A DNA stretch of 64,000 bases. It comes from a virus. Lineage: Duplodnaviria > Caudoviricetes. The stretch covers positions 1 to 64,000 of the IMG/VR virus record IMGVR_UViG_3300046408_000009, one strand, 5' to 3'. A program made the translations under genes and the position numbers. Within the stretch, counting starts at the first letter, position 1. The number at the start of each line of letters is the position of its first letter. Below, piece after piece: positions 55,876 through 62,943 of the stretch. The notes beneath the pieces are model-generated. The model saw only the letters and a program-made list of their open reading frames with translations. It made no database searches and was not told the DNA's origin.

Positions 55876-56189
55876 GGCTTCAACGTCATCACGCAATTGA
55901 TCACGTCGCCCGTGATTTTCCGGTCCTCGTGTTCGATCTCCAACGCGATGCGTGGCAGAGAACCGACCACCAAATTGTCGGCTCGCCCGCGCAACAGACT
56001 GTACGAAACATTCTCCTCGCGCACAAGTTCGATCTTCACTCGCGGCCAAACGCCGCGCCGTACCTTGTCCGCGAGTTCTCGCAGAGTGACGATTGCGCTA
56101 TCCACATCACTGTCGTTCCCCGTGAGGGGACGGGGTCCGAGTTCAGAGATGGCTAAGTAGATGTCGGTAAGGATTTCGTCTTTCGTCAT
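55872..56189 (-). CDS. Hypothetical protein (leaderless)
   Basis: ATG 6 nt after TACACT (56201-56196); TTGCAA and CTGCAAA boxes upstream. Confidence 0.75.
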   Translation of the reverse strand: MTKDEILTDIYLAISELGPRPLTGNDSDVDSAIVTLRELADKVRRGVWPRVKIELVREENVSYSLLRGRADNLVVGSLPRIALEIEHEDRKITGDVINCVMTLKP

Positions 56190-56228
56190 GGTTCGAGTGT
56201 AGCAGGTTTTTGCAGATTGCAAATACAA

Positions 56229-56273
56229 AACCCTCACCAACTTTTGAGCCAGAGGCTCAGGTCGATGAGGGTT
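56229..56273 (-). terminator. Intrinsic terminator after the HNH gene
   Basis: 13-bp outer stem AACCCTCATCGAC/GTTGGTGAGGGTT with inner TGAGCC/GGCTCA, followed by TTGTATTT. Confidence 0.7.
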
Positions 56274-56309
56274 CTGCCTTATCAGCGTAGCACCTGGGAA
56301 CTTTCGCAT

Positions 56310-56630
56310 TTACGGACGCGGTTTACGGACCCGAATCTTCTCGCCGTTACGCGGAGTGGGGACGGAATGTCCCAGCGCGATGGCCTCGATGCGCCGCGCG
56401 AGCCACGTCGAATTCTGCGCCCACTCGCGAGCGTTCTGGTGGCCCTTGCGTGAGTTGCAGGGGTAGCACGCCGCCACGAGATTATGCAGCGCCTGCGTGC
56501 CGCCGTGCTTGACCGCGAGCACGTGATCAACGGTGGACGTCTCGCGCGTGATCGATACGCCGCACCAGTAGCAGCGCCCACCGCTGAGTTGAAATATTTG
56601 CAACTTGCGAGACCGCTTCACGTAGGACAT
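56310..56630 (-). CDS. HNH endonuclease
   Basis: GRCYWCG...TVDHVL...GG...NLVAACYPCNSRKG. Confidence 0.9.
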   Translation of the reverse strand: MSYVKRSRKLQIFQLSGGRCYWCGVSITRETSTVDHVLAVKHGGTQALHNLVAACYPCNSRKGHQNAREWAQNSTWLARRIEAIALGHSVPTPRNGEKIRVRKPRP

Positions 56631-56709
56631 CGATTGAGCATATCCGGGGAGGTCCGCAGTCCCCACCGCCCATCCCCGTGAAGTGGGGACCGCAGACGCG
56701 CAGAGTGTA

Positions 56710-57954
56710 TCAGTGTTGGGGGTCCGCCGCTTGTGCAATCCGACCTTCGATAATTGGGTAGTAGTCCTCAGTGATCTCACAGCCCACCCACTCGAATCCT
56801 TCGAGGATCGCTGCCGCCGCCGTCGTGCCGGAACCCAAGAATGGATCGAGCACTTTGCCACCCGGTGGCGTCACGAGGTTGATGAGGTAGCGCATTAGTG
56901 CGAGCGGCTTGACGGTGGGGTGGTGGTTCTTGTCCTCGACTCCAGCACTTCGTTCGGACTTGCTGGCTTTAGCGCAATAGAAGAATCGAGCAGCGGAACC
57001 ATCGTCGTTGTACTCAGTACCCGTTGCTGTCATCCCCCAGCCTTTTCCATTTGCACCACTGCGCGGTTTACCTTTACGTGACGGTTTTACTGATGGGAAT
57101 GCGTTGAGCACTTCGTCGCTACCGTCGTGGATGATGTTGGCGGGCCATCGGCCCTCCGGCAGTTCATAGCGGGTGGCAGCGCCCTTACTGTAAACTCCGT
57201 TTGCGCCAATGGTTCCAACGGTGTGTGGGTTCTTTGCATAAATCGAATCATCCTTGGATTCAATCAGTACGCGTGAGGCGTCAATGTTCAGTGCCCCCGT
57301 ACCATACTCCAAAACGTTCTTCACCACCGTCCCGACGAGGGGCTTCCGAGCGACGACGATTGGTTCGTGAGCGGGCTTGAGCGCCGTACCCCAGCCTTGC
57401 CATTTTTGTGCGTCGGGTGTCGATTCGCCCTTGCGAGTGAGTTGGTTGTTTGTGTTGTTGTACCCTCCGGCACCATCTGGGTTCATGAACCCAACACCGC
57501 TCGCAGGTTTCGATGTGAACTCAACACCAGCCGACTTGTCGATGGCCTTGGATACGTCCATAGACTTCGGGAACCCCGAGCCATACAGCCACATGATCTG
57601 ATCGCGTATCTCAAACCCCGCATCCTCGATTGAACTGGCGATTCGGTGATAGGTTCGCGATCCACCAAACGCGAGCAAGTGACCACCCGGCTTCAAGACG
57701 CGCAGGGCTTCGACCCAGAGAGCGACATTATAGGCGATTCCCGAATTGTCCCAGGATTTTCCCATAAAGCCGAGTTCGTAGGGTGGATCGGTGACGATGG
57801 AATCGACACTGTTAGCGTCGAGCGTCTTTAGTAGAACGAGGCAGTCACCCCGGAGTAGTCCTACTTGCAAATGTTGGTCCGGCGGTCCCACCCAAAAATC
57901 ATCTTCGTCGTACTCGTCAACATCGATCAAAACTGCGGGTTCGTCGTTCGTCAT
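56710..57954 (-). CDS. DNA N6-adenine/N4-cytosine methyltransferase (beta class)
   Basis: VTDPPY catalytic motif before the VLDPFLGSGTT SAM-binding motif; LKPAHEPI, HPTVKP. Confidence 0.95.
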   Translation of the reverse strand: MTNDEPAVLIDVDEYDEDDFWVGPPDQHLQVGLLRGDCLVLLKTLDANSVDSIVTDPPYELGFMGKSWDNSGIAYNVALWVEALRVLKPGGHLLAFGGSRTYHRIASSIEDAGFEIRDQIMWLYGSGFPKSMDVSKAIDKSAGVEFTSKPASGVGFMNPDGAGGYNNTNNQLTRKGESTPDAQKWQGWGTALKPAHEPIVVARKPLVGTVVKNVLEYGTGALNIDASRVLIESKDDSIYAKNPHTVGTIGANGVYSKGAATRYELPEGRWPANIIHDGSDEVLNAFPSVKPSRKGKPRSGANGKGWGMTATGTEYNDDGSAARFFYCAKASKSERSAGVEDKNHHPTVKPLALMRYLINLVTPPGGKVLDPFLGSGTTAAAAILEGFEWVGCEITEDYYPIIEGRIAQAADPQH

Positions 57955-58001
57955 TGAGATGAGAGTGTATCAGATCATTTGCAAATCAGTGCGTGCAAAA
58001 A

Positions 58002-58187
58002 CTACTGCATACTCTGGTGGGATTCAATCTCTCTGGTAGCCCTCACGTACGCCGCACATCCTCGCGGATTTGCAAGAATCTTTTCTCTTAATTGCTGCGC
58101 AGTGATCTGCGCCCGAGCGTATTCATCAAGTGTTGGTTCACTCTCGCTCACCTGTCGTGAGTCGACCGGAATGTCACATGGTGCCAT
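58002..58187 (-). CDS. Small hypothetical protein
   Basis: 61 aa; ATG 7 nt after TACGAT. Confidence 0.55.
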   Translation of the reverse strand: MAPCDIPVDSRQVSESEPTLDEYARAQITAQQLREKILANPRGCAAYVRATREIESHQSMQ

Positions 58188-58200
58188 GTCGGTGATCGTA

Positions 58201-58308
58201 GCAGATTGACCGGGTGGGATTCGAACCCACGTGACCCTCGCCGTCGCTCGGACCATCACCTACGTTGGGTGTCCCTTTTTGACCAGACTCCGGGCACCGA
58301 CAACCTGC
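58201..58308 (-). ncRNA. tRNA-like RNA with extended acceptor stem and non-canonical anticodon loop
   Basis: T-arm GTGGG-TTCGAAT-CCCAC; D-arm-like CCC..TGGTC..GGG; 12-bp bulged terminal stem; long variable region; no CCA. Confidence 0.65.
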
Positions 58309-58338
58309 GTGCAGGAAACCTCCTGCAGAAAAAGTGTA

Positions 58339-58575
58339 TCAGTGCCGCGCTTCACCAAACCACTGCACCATGATGTGGTCCGCGAGCATTTGTTTGTGCG
58401 CCTTGATAGCGCGGGAACGTTTAATGGGGTGCCACCTCGACGGCAAGTTGGGAACCACGGGCCAGATTTGCATTAGGAACTGATCTTGCAGATATTGCTC
58501 AACGTTGATCATGCCGTAGTGCGCTTCGATGGTGGCGCGTTGGTTGGGGTGCACGATGATGCGGTCAGGTTCCAT
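58339..58575 (-). CDS. Hypothetical protein
   Basis: Start MEPDRII overlaps the upstream stop. Confidence 0.6.
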   Translation of the reverse strand: MEPDRIIVHPNQRATIEAHYGMINVEQYLQDQFLMQIWPVVPNLPSRWHPIKRSRAIKAHKQMLADHIMVQWFGEARH

Positions 58576-58828
58576 TGGCAATCTTTGTTCGTAGGTATTC
58601 AATTTCAATCTGGCCGGGGCTGCGGTGGCAGTAACACGAGAAGGGTCCCTCGTCGTCGGGATCGTCATTCTCTTCGCGTTCACGTTGGCCATTGCACTCG
58701 CCATCGCCCTCGTAGCCCCATTCGTGTTCTGCAAATGTGTGTCCGCACGGTTCAGGGTAAGCACCGGGCCAGACGTGCACGAACGCCAACAATTCTGGTT
58801 CCGGGTCGGGGAATGGTTCAGCCGCCAT
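58565..58828 (-). CDS. Hypothetical protein (Cys/His)
   Basis: 87 aa; PCGH..AEH...C...CYC. Confidence 0.65.
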   Translation of the reverse strand: MAAEPFPDPEPELLAFVHVWPGAYPEPCGHTFAEHEWGYEGDGECNGQREREENDDPDDEGPFSCYCHRSPGQIEIEYLRTKIANGT

Positions 58829-59088
58829 CAGTTCTCTCCTCCAAACCCAGCGATGATGTGTGTCTCTCCCTCTGGGGCCGCCAACATCGCGATGAGGTCA
58901 CGCGATAGTTCCGGGAATTCCTCGGAACAGACTCCGGCATACGTCGCTAACGCCTGACGAGCAAAAGGGTCATGGGTCACGTCAAGGACGAAATACCAGC
59001 ACCCGTCGTGTTTGGTGCCCGGTCCTTCATTGCCGTCCTTTCGCGAGACGTTGAACTTACCGCCTTGGTGCAATCCATCAGTTTTCAT
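58828..59088 (-). CDS. Conserved small phage protein
   Basis: KFNVSRKDG...GTKH..CWYFVLD..HDPFARQAL..YA pattern. Confidence 0.8.
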   Translation of the reverse strand: MKTDGLHQGGKFNVSRKDGNEGPGTKHDGCWYFVLDVTHDPFARQALATYAGVCSEEFPELSRDLIAMLAAPEGETHIIAGFGGEN

Positions 59089-59242
59089 TTTGTCCTCCCT
59101 CTGGGGCCGGGGTGAACCTCACGCAGGCACACCCCCCTACTCGACCGTCAATAACGACAGTGGCGTTGCAATCGTTCCTCTTGTGGAGATGTCCGCGATG
59201 ACCGCAATAACATATCTGCGCTCGTTTCGATGGTCGCATCAT
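59078..59242 (-). CDS. 54-aa CxCxH-type Zn-binding microprotein
   Basis: MMRPSKRAQICYCGHRGHLHKRNDCNATVVIDGRVGGCACVRFTPAPEGGQNEN; overlaps genes on both sides. Confidence 0.7.
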   Translation of the reverse strand: MMRPSKRAQICYCGHRGHLHKRNDCNATVVIDGRVGGCACVRFTPAPEGGQNEN

Positions 59243-59877
59243 TCAGCCCCCTCTGGGGCCGGGGCAATCAGAGAGCGCAGGTAGTCGAAGTCACCGGGGG
59301 CGAACTTAGTCTCGAATATGGCTGGCCCAGCCGACCAAAAACCATGTGTCTCAAACGAGTTTTCCCCTATCAATTTCAGCACCCGCTCGGCTCGTTCGGC
59401 ACTCTCTTCGGCGGCGGCGAGCGCACAGCACATCGATGAGCAATCACCCGTGCAGTCGTCGTGATTACCCGCTAAGCAAGGTTCACACGGCTTGTACGCC
59501 TTCAGCGCGTCTCTCTCGGCCTCTACTGAGGCGAGGCGGGCAAGTTCGTCAGCCGCTTCCCATGCATCCATATAGTCGGGCAAGGCCACGCTCGTGATGC
59601 CATCCGATGCCCTAAAGGGGCCGGTGTCGCGAAGCCGCTCAATCAAGGGGCGACCAAGGCGTACTGACTCCAAACGCGCCTTGAGTTCTTCGTGTCGGGT
59701 TTCATCGCGTTCGGTGGTGAGAATCATCGTCTCGTTTGGTTCCGTCCCGAAAGTGTGATCGGCACCAACGTGATTCTTGAGAGGTTGCCCGCAAGTAGCA
59801 ATTTCTTGATAAGTGCACAGTGCGGGCTTGTCGAGTCCGAGTTCCGCGAGTTCATCGCCGGTTAGGTGTTCAGTCAT
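59239..59877 (-). CDS. Hypothetical mosaic phage protein
   Basis: 212 aa with Cys clusters and a coiled coil (EAADELARL...AERDAL). Confidence 0.75.
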   Translation of the reverse strand: MTEHLTGDELAELGLDKPALCTYQEIATCGQPLKNHVGADHTFGTEPNETMILTTERDETRHEELKARLESVRLGRPLIERLRDTGPFRASDGITSVALPDYMDAWEAADELARLASVEAERDALKAYKPCEPCLAGNHDDCTGDCSSMCCALAAAEESAERAERVLKLIGENSFETHGFWSAGPAIFETKFAPGDFDYLRSLIAPAPEGAE

Positions 59878-59904
59878 TCGTTCTCCGTCTTTCGTCGTGA
59901 GGGG

Positions 59905-59933
59905 AGCCTACCAGTCGAAAACGAAATTTGCAA
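59905..59933 (-). promoter_or_regulatory. Promoter TTGCAA-17-TAGGCT
   Basis: Exact spacing; followed by the GACGAAAGACG motif and an RBS. Confidence 0.75.
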
Positions 59934-60092
59934 AAAGAAAGGGGGAAAAGTACGTCGAAAAATTTTGGGGAGGGGCCGCGAGACACCGGGGTGGTGGGAT
60001 AAAAATTTGAGACTTCTTGCACGTGGGTGCACTAAAACTCATTGTTGTCTTTGGCAGTGCAGGTGGTGTGGTGGGTGGCAGAGGGTGCCGGG

Positions 60093-60299
60093 TCAAGGGG
60101 TGGTGGTCGGTGTGAGGAGTTCGATGGTGCGATCCGCTTCACCACTACCATCCTCACCCTCGAACCTCATGCTGACCTGTGACTGGTCGTTGAACACCAC
60201 CACCACATCGTGACCTAGGACGTGCCTGATCTTGTCGACTCGAACGATGTCAGCGCGGTTCTGCAAACAAACCATCCGCAGGGTCAGAAACGTCATCAT
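60093..60299 (-). CDS. Small hypothetical protein
   Basis: 68 aa; CTGCAAATTGCAAA box upstream. Confidence 0.55.
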   Translation of the reverse strand: MMTFLTLRMVCLQNRADIVRVDKIRHVLGHDVVVVFNDQSQVSMRFEGEDGSGEADRTIELLTPTTTP

Positions 60300-60386
60300 G
60301 GTGTCTCGATTCGTCAGTGTCTTTTGCAATTTGCAGAATTAATCAAGGAGTGGTATTTTACCTCAGCCTGAAAAAGCATGCCTTGC

Positions 60387-60515
60387 CTAGTGATGGCGAT
60401 CTCGTGGCTTCACGGGCCATACGGCCAGCACCGCGCTCACCAGCAGCGCGATCACCAGGCACACGAAGGGTCCAATCACGAGCACGGCCAGCAATAACCA
60501 CATCCACCAGGGCAT
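60387..60515 (-). CDS. 42-aa membrane peptide
   Basis: MPWWMWLLLAVLVIGPFVCLVIALLVSAVLAVWPVKPRDRHH, translated by hand. Confidence 0.7.
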   Translation of the reverse strand: MPWWMWLLLAVLVIGPFVCLVIALLVSAVLAVWPVKPRDRHH

Positions 60516-60519
60516 GGTC

Positions 60520-61345
60520 GCCACCCTACAGCACAGCGCGTTGTCTACTTTCGAAAATCGGCGTTATCACCATCGAACGATTTTCGTTTTCCCTGATGAG
60601 AGGCTATGAAAACACGCATAAATCCTCATTTTCTATCAGCCCATAATATACGTTATGTAAAGTTGATGTGGAAAAAGCCAAGTTGATGAGGTTTTATGCA
60701 GAAAGTTTTTGCAGAAAAGGCTTGCCCCCCACTGATCCCAGCGACTAGGTTGTTGGTGGCGGAGAAATCGATCTGCAGGTCGAAATCCCATCACTGTGAA
60801 ACCAGTTCTGCGCGAGCAGGAAACTTCCGATCTTGCCCAGCGGTGGGTTGTCGTAGGTGGTTATACCATCGAGGCACCATCGACTGGGCATTTTCGTTTT
60901 TCGGGTCGACTCGAAAATTGCAAATCTCAGAACCGAAAATTGCAGAATTTCGGCTAAACGAAAAATTCGGTACGCGGGTGGCATGGTTGGATGGGCGGAT
61001 GGTCTCAGGGGGCTTCCTCAAAACACTTCTATTTTAAACGAATTTCCCCCTCATCAGGGATTACAGACAGTTTCCGGGGTTTGCTCCTATTGTTACTCCT
61101 AGTTTGCATTTCGTGCATGCCTACTCCCTATACCCCTTACTCACTCTCACGTTTAGTATTTAGCCTTAAATACTGTCCTAACTGTCTAAGTGTCATATAA
61201 TACCTGATAAGGAGCAACCCAACCGACTCCAAAATCGTCTACAAACTGTATTCGACTGTCCTACCCTTTTCGGTTGGTTCGCCCCCAAAAAGCGAAAATC
61301 CCGTCCGCTGACAGATGCGAACGGGACCTTCACTAACGAATCATG
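60520..61345. other. Long AT-richer non-coding region, putative replication origin / recombination region
   Basis: No credible ORF; direct repeats CGAAAATTGCA (60912, 60934), inverted repeat TCCCTGATGAG (60590/61050), AT-rich hairpin 61155-61174, strand-skewed tract. Confidence 0.5.
60636..60663 (+). other. dif: dif-like XerC/XerD recombination site
   Basis: TCAGCCCATAA-TATACG-TTATGTAAAGT in the 11-6-11 layout; right arm 1 nt from B. subtilis dif (TTATGTAAACT) and 2 nt from E. coli dif (TTATGTTAAAT). Confidence 0.75.
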
Positions 61346-61351
61346 TAGGGT

Positions 61352-61744
61352 TCAAACAGTCTCCTCTCCACTCGACGGTCGATCAATGAGCGTCAGGTAG
61401 TGAATCGAGACGTATTTTCGTTGCGTCGGTCCACGACGTAAGAACGCTTCTTCGCCGTTCAGCCCCGCCACGGTCCACCCGTTTCCAGCAGTCGTATGGT
61501 GCACGACGTCCCCGATTTTCGGGTAATACGTCACGGGGAAATTCGGCCTCTTCCCACCGGTTGCCACGCGTTGCACCGCTGGTGTCTCTTCCGAATACCC
61601 GTTGATCACTATCTCAATGGCGACGTCCATCGTGCCCGCCGAGACATCACGCGGCAGTCGGTCTCGACGCGCCCTCAGTGCCGTCACGAGCCGTTCGAGC
61701 GCGTCAGACGATACACCGGCCCAGTTGGTGTCATTGGTGCTCAT
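61352..61744 (-). CDS. Hypothetical protein with C-terminal SH3/KOW-like motif
   Basis: PKIGDVVHHTTAGNGWTV. Confidence 0.7.
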   Translation of the reverse strand: MSTNDTNWAGVSSDALERLVTALRARRDRLPRDVSAGTMDVAIEIVINGYSEETPAVQRVATGGKRPNFPVTYYPKIGDVVHHTTAGNGWTVAGLNGEEAFLRRGPTQRKYVSIHYLTLIDRPSSGEETV

Positions 61745-62043
61745 TGGAACCCTCCGCTCCATGTTTTACGTTTGGCGACTCGACGTTCTTGTGATCCGGC
61801 GTGACGTACGCAAAACGGTCCGAGCCACGATCCATCCACGTCAAGGACTGAGACGTGTCCGTGCAGGGTGCAGCCCTTGAACCACACGCAGGGTTCGAGT
61901 TCTCGCTGTTGCGCGAGCGCGTGCGTCTTGCAGAAGTACCCCACCGGCACGATCCGATTCGAGTCGATCACGACCCAATTCCCTTCCCGGCCACAGCCGT
62001 TTTGCACACAGGTCACCCGTGCGATCTCGCGAATTGTGATCAT
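61741..62043 (-). CDS. Cys/His-rich protein with internal duplication
   Basis: Two similar units: C..NGC...GYFCKTHA and C..KGC...GPFCVRHA. Confidence 0.7.
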   Translation of the reverse strand: MITIREIARVTCVQNGCGREGNWVVIDSNRIVPVGYFCKTHALAQQRELEPCVWFKGCTLHGHVSVLDVDGSWLGPFCVRHAGSQERRVAKRKTWSGGFQ

Positions 62044-62303
62044 TTCCGGCTCCCAAAAAACACGTTCGCAACCCGCAGGTACATATCCACCAGCGACCAG
62101 AAATCGGGACCAGCCTGCATCGCGAGTGGCGAATTATGGCACGAGTTCTTTACCCGATCAATAGCCTCTGCGTCGAGCACCAGATCACACTCGCGCAGTC
62201 CAGAGTGCACGTGATAGCGCACCCCGCGACCGCCGCCAGTCCGATATTCGAGGGGCTTGGCACAATTCGGGCACAGCATTGTCTGGCGTCCATAACTGCT
62301 CAC
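62040..62303 (-). CDS. Zn-ribbon protein
   Basis: CPNC...H.H...C; GTGA overlap with the upstream stop. Confidence 0.65.
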   Translation of the reverse strand: MSSYGRQTMLCPNCAKPLEYRTGGGRGVRYHVHSGLRECDLVLDAEAIDRVKNSCHNSPLAMQAGPDFWSLVDMYLRVANVFFGSRK

Positions 62304-62503
62304 GACGCCTCCTCTAGAAGGTGTAAACGCAGATAGTGTTCGCGGCGGTTGTGCCGCTCCCAATCCTTGCGAGCGAGTTCGTGCACGACCTCTCGAACGC
62401 CGACGTGCACGATCCCGCGATGCGCTGGCGTGTGCCAGTCACACGAGAACCGCGCTCGCGCACGGGGTGCGCTGGGACGCGGCGTACGGGTGTTCTTTCC
62501 CAC
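62300..62503 (-). CDS. Hypothetical protein
   Basis: AAAGGAG RBS and GTG start. Confidence 0.7.
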   Translation of the reverse strand: MGKNTRTPRPSAPRARARFSCDWHTPAHRGIVHVGVREVVHELARKDWERHNRREHYLRLHLLEEAS

Positions 62504-62531
62504 GGGATGGCTCCTTTAGTAGTGCGTACGT

Positions 62532-62560
62532 ATCTTATTGCAAAAACTGTTAATTTGCAA
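62532..62560 (-). promoter_or_regulatory. Promoter TTGCAA-17-TAAGAT with a second TTTGCAA in the spacer
   Basis: Exact spacing. Confidence 0.8.
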
Positions 62561-62630
62561 ATATCAGCACGATCACCGCGACCACGATGAGCGACAGTGC
62601 GAACAGTCCGTGCTTCTGTTCCCAGGTCAT
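62550..62630 (-). CDS. 26-aa membrane peptide
   Basis: MTWEQKHGLFALSLIVVAVIVLIFAN; ATGA overlap with the upstream stop. Confidence 0.6.
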   Translation of the reverse strand: MTWEQKHGLFALSLIVVAVIVLIFAN

Positions 62631-62782
62631 GTCAACCGAAACTGACTCAGCGGCACGTCCGGAGTATCCTCACCGCAGTAACCACAGTGGTGCCCACCCT
62701 GGTGCGTGCGGCCCGGTCGAGCACACTGGTGCGGTGCTTCGCACACCTCGCAGTACCCCCACTCTGTTTTGCATTCGCTCAT
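62627..62782 (-). CDS. 51-aa Cys/His microprotein
   Basis: MSECKTEWGYCEVCEAPHQCARPGRTHQGGHHCGYCGEDTPDVPLSQFRLT; ATGA overlaps on both sides. Confidence 0.65.
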   Translation of the reverse strand: MSECKTEWGYCEVCEAPHQCARPGRTHQGGHHCGYCGEDTPDVPLSQFRLT

Positions 62783-62943
62783 GGGAACCCGATTTCTTCC
62801 GCACTGACGTAGATGGTTTGACCGACTCCGGCGTAGGCCTTGATCATCGCGAGCGTGAGCGGATCATTGTCACTACCCAGTAAATCGAAGTCATCGATCT
62901 CGACGTTTTGAATTGTGCAGACTTGGTATATATGTTTAGCCAT
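62779..62943 (-). CDS. Small hypothetical protein
   Basis: 54 aa starting MAKHIYQV. Confidence 0.6.
   Translation of the reverse strand: MAKHIYQVCTIQNVEIDDFDLLGSDNDPLTLAMIKAYAGVGQTIYVSAEEIGFP

Noticed and set aside
58201-58308. Call as a functional tRNA-Arg(ACG) or as an attP core
   Set aside because: The anticodon loop lacks U33/R37, the acceptor stem is irregular, there is no CCA, and no integrase is visible in the window.
59908-60096. 62-aa Pro-rich minus-strand ORF and a G-quadruplex-like GGG run at 60073-60100
   Set aside because: The ORF spans a promoter and low-complexity tracts; a single G4 motif in skewed DNA is expected by chance and has no other support.
60590-61060. CTGATGA...GAAA motifs at 60593 (+) and near 61058 (-) resembling hammerhead ribozyme cores
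   Set aside because: Neither has a proper stem II or room for stems I and III; kept only as an inverted repeat.
60696-61200. ORFs of 69-113 aa in the long intergenic region
   Set aside because: Mutually overlapping on both strands, atypical composition and no RBS; treated as non-coding.
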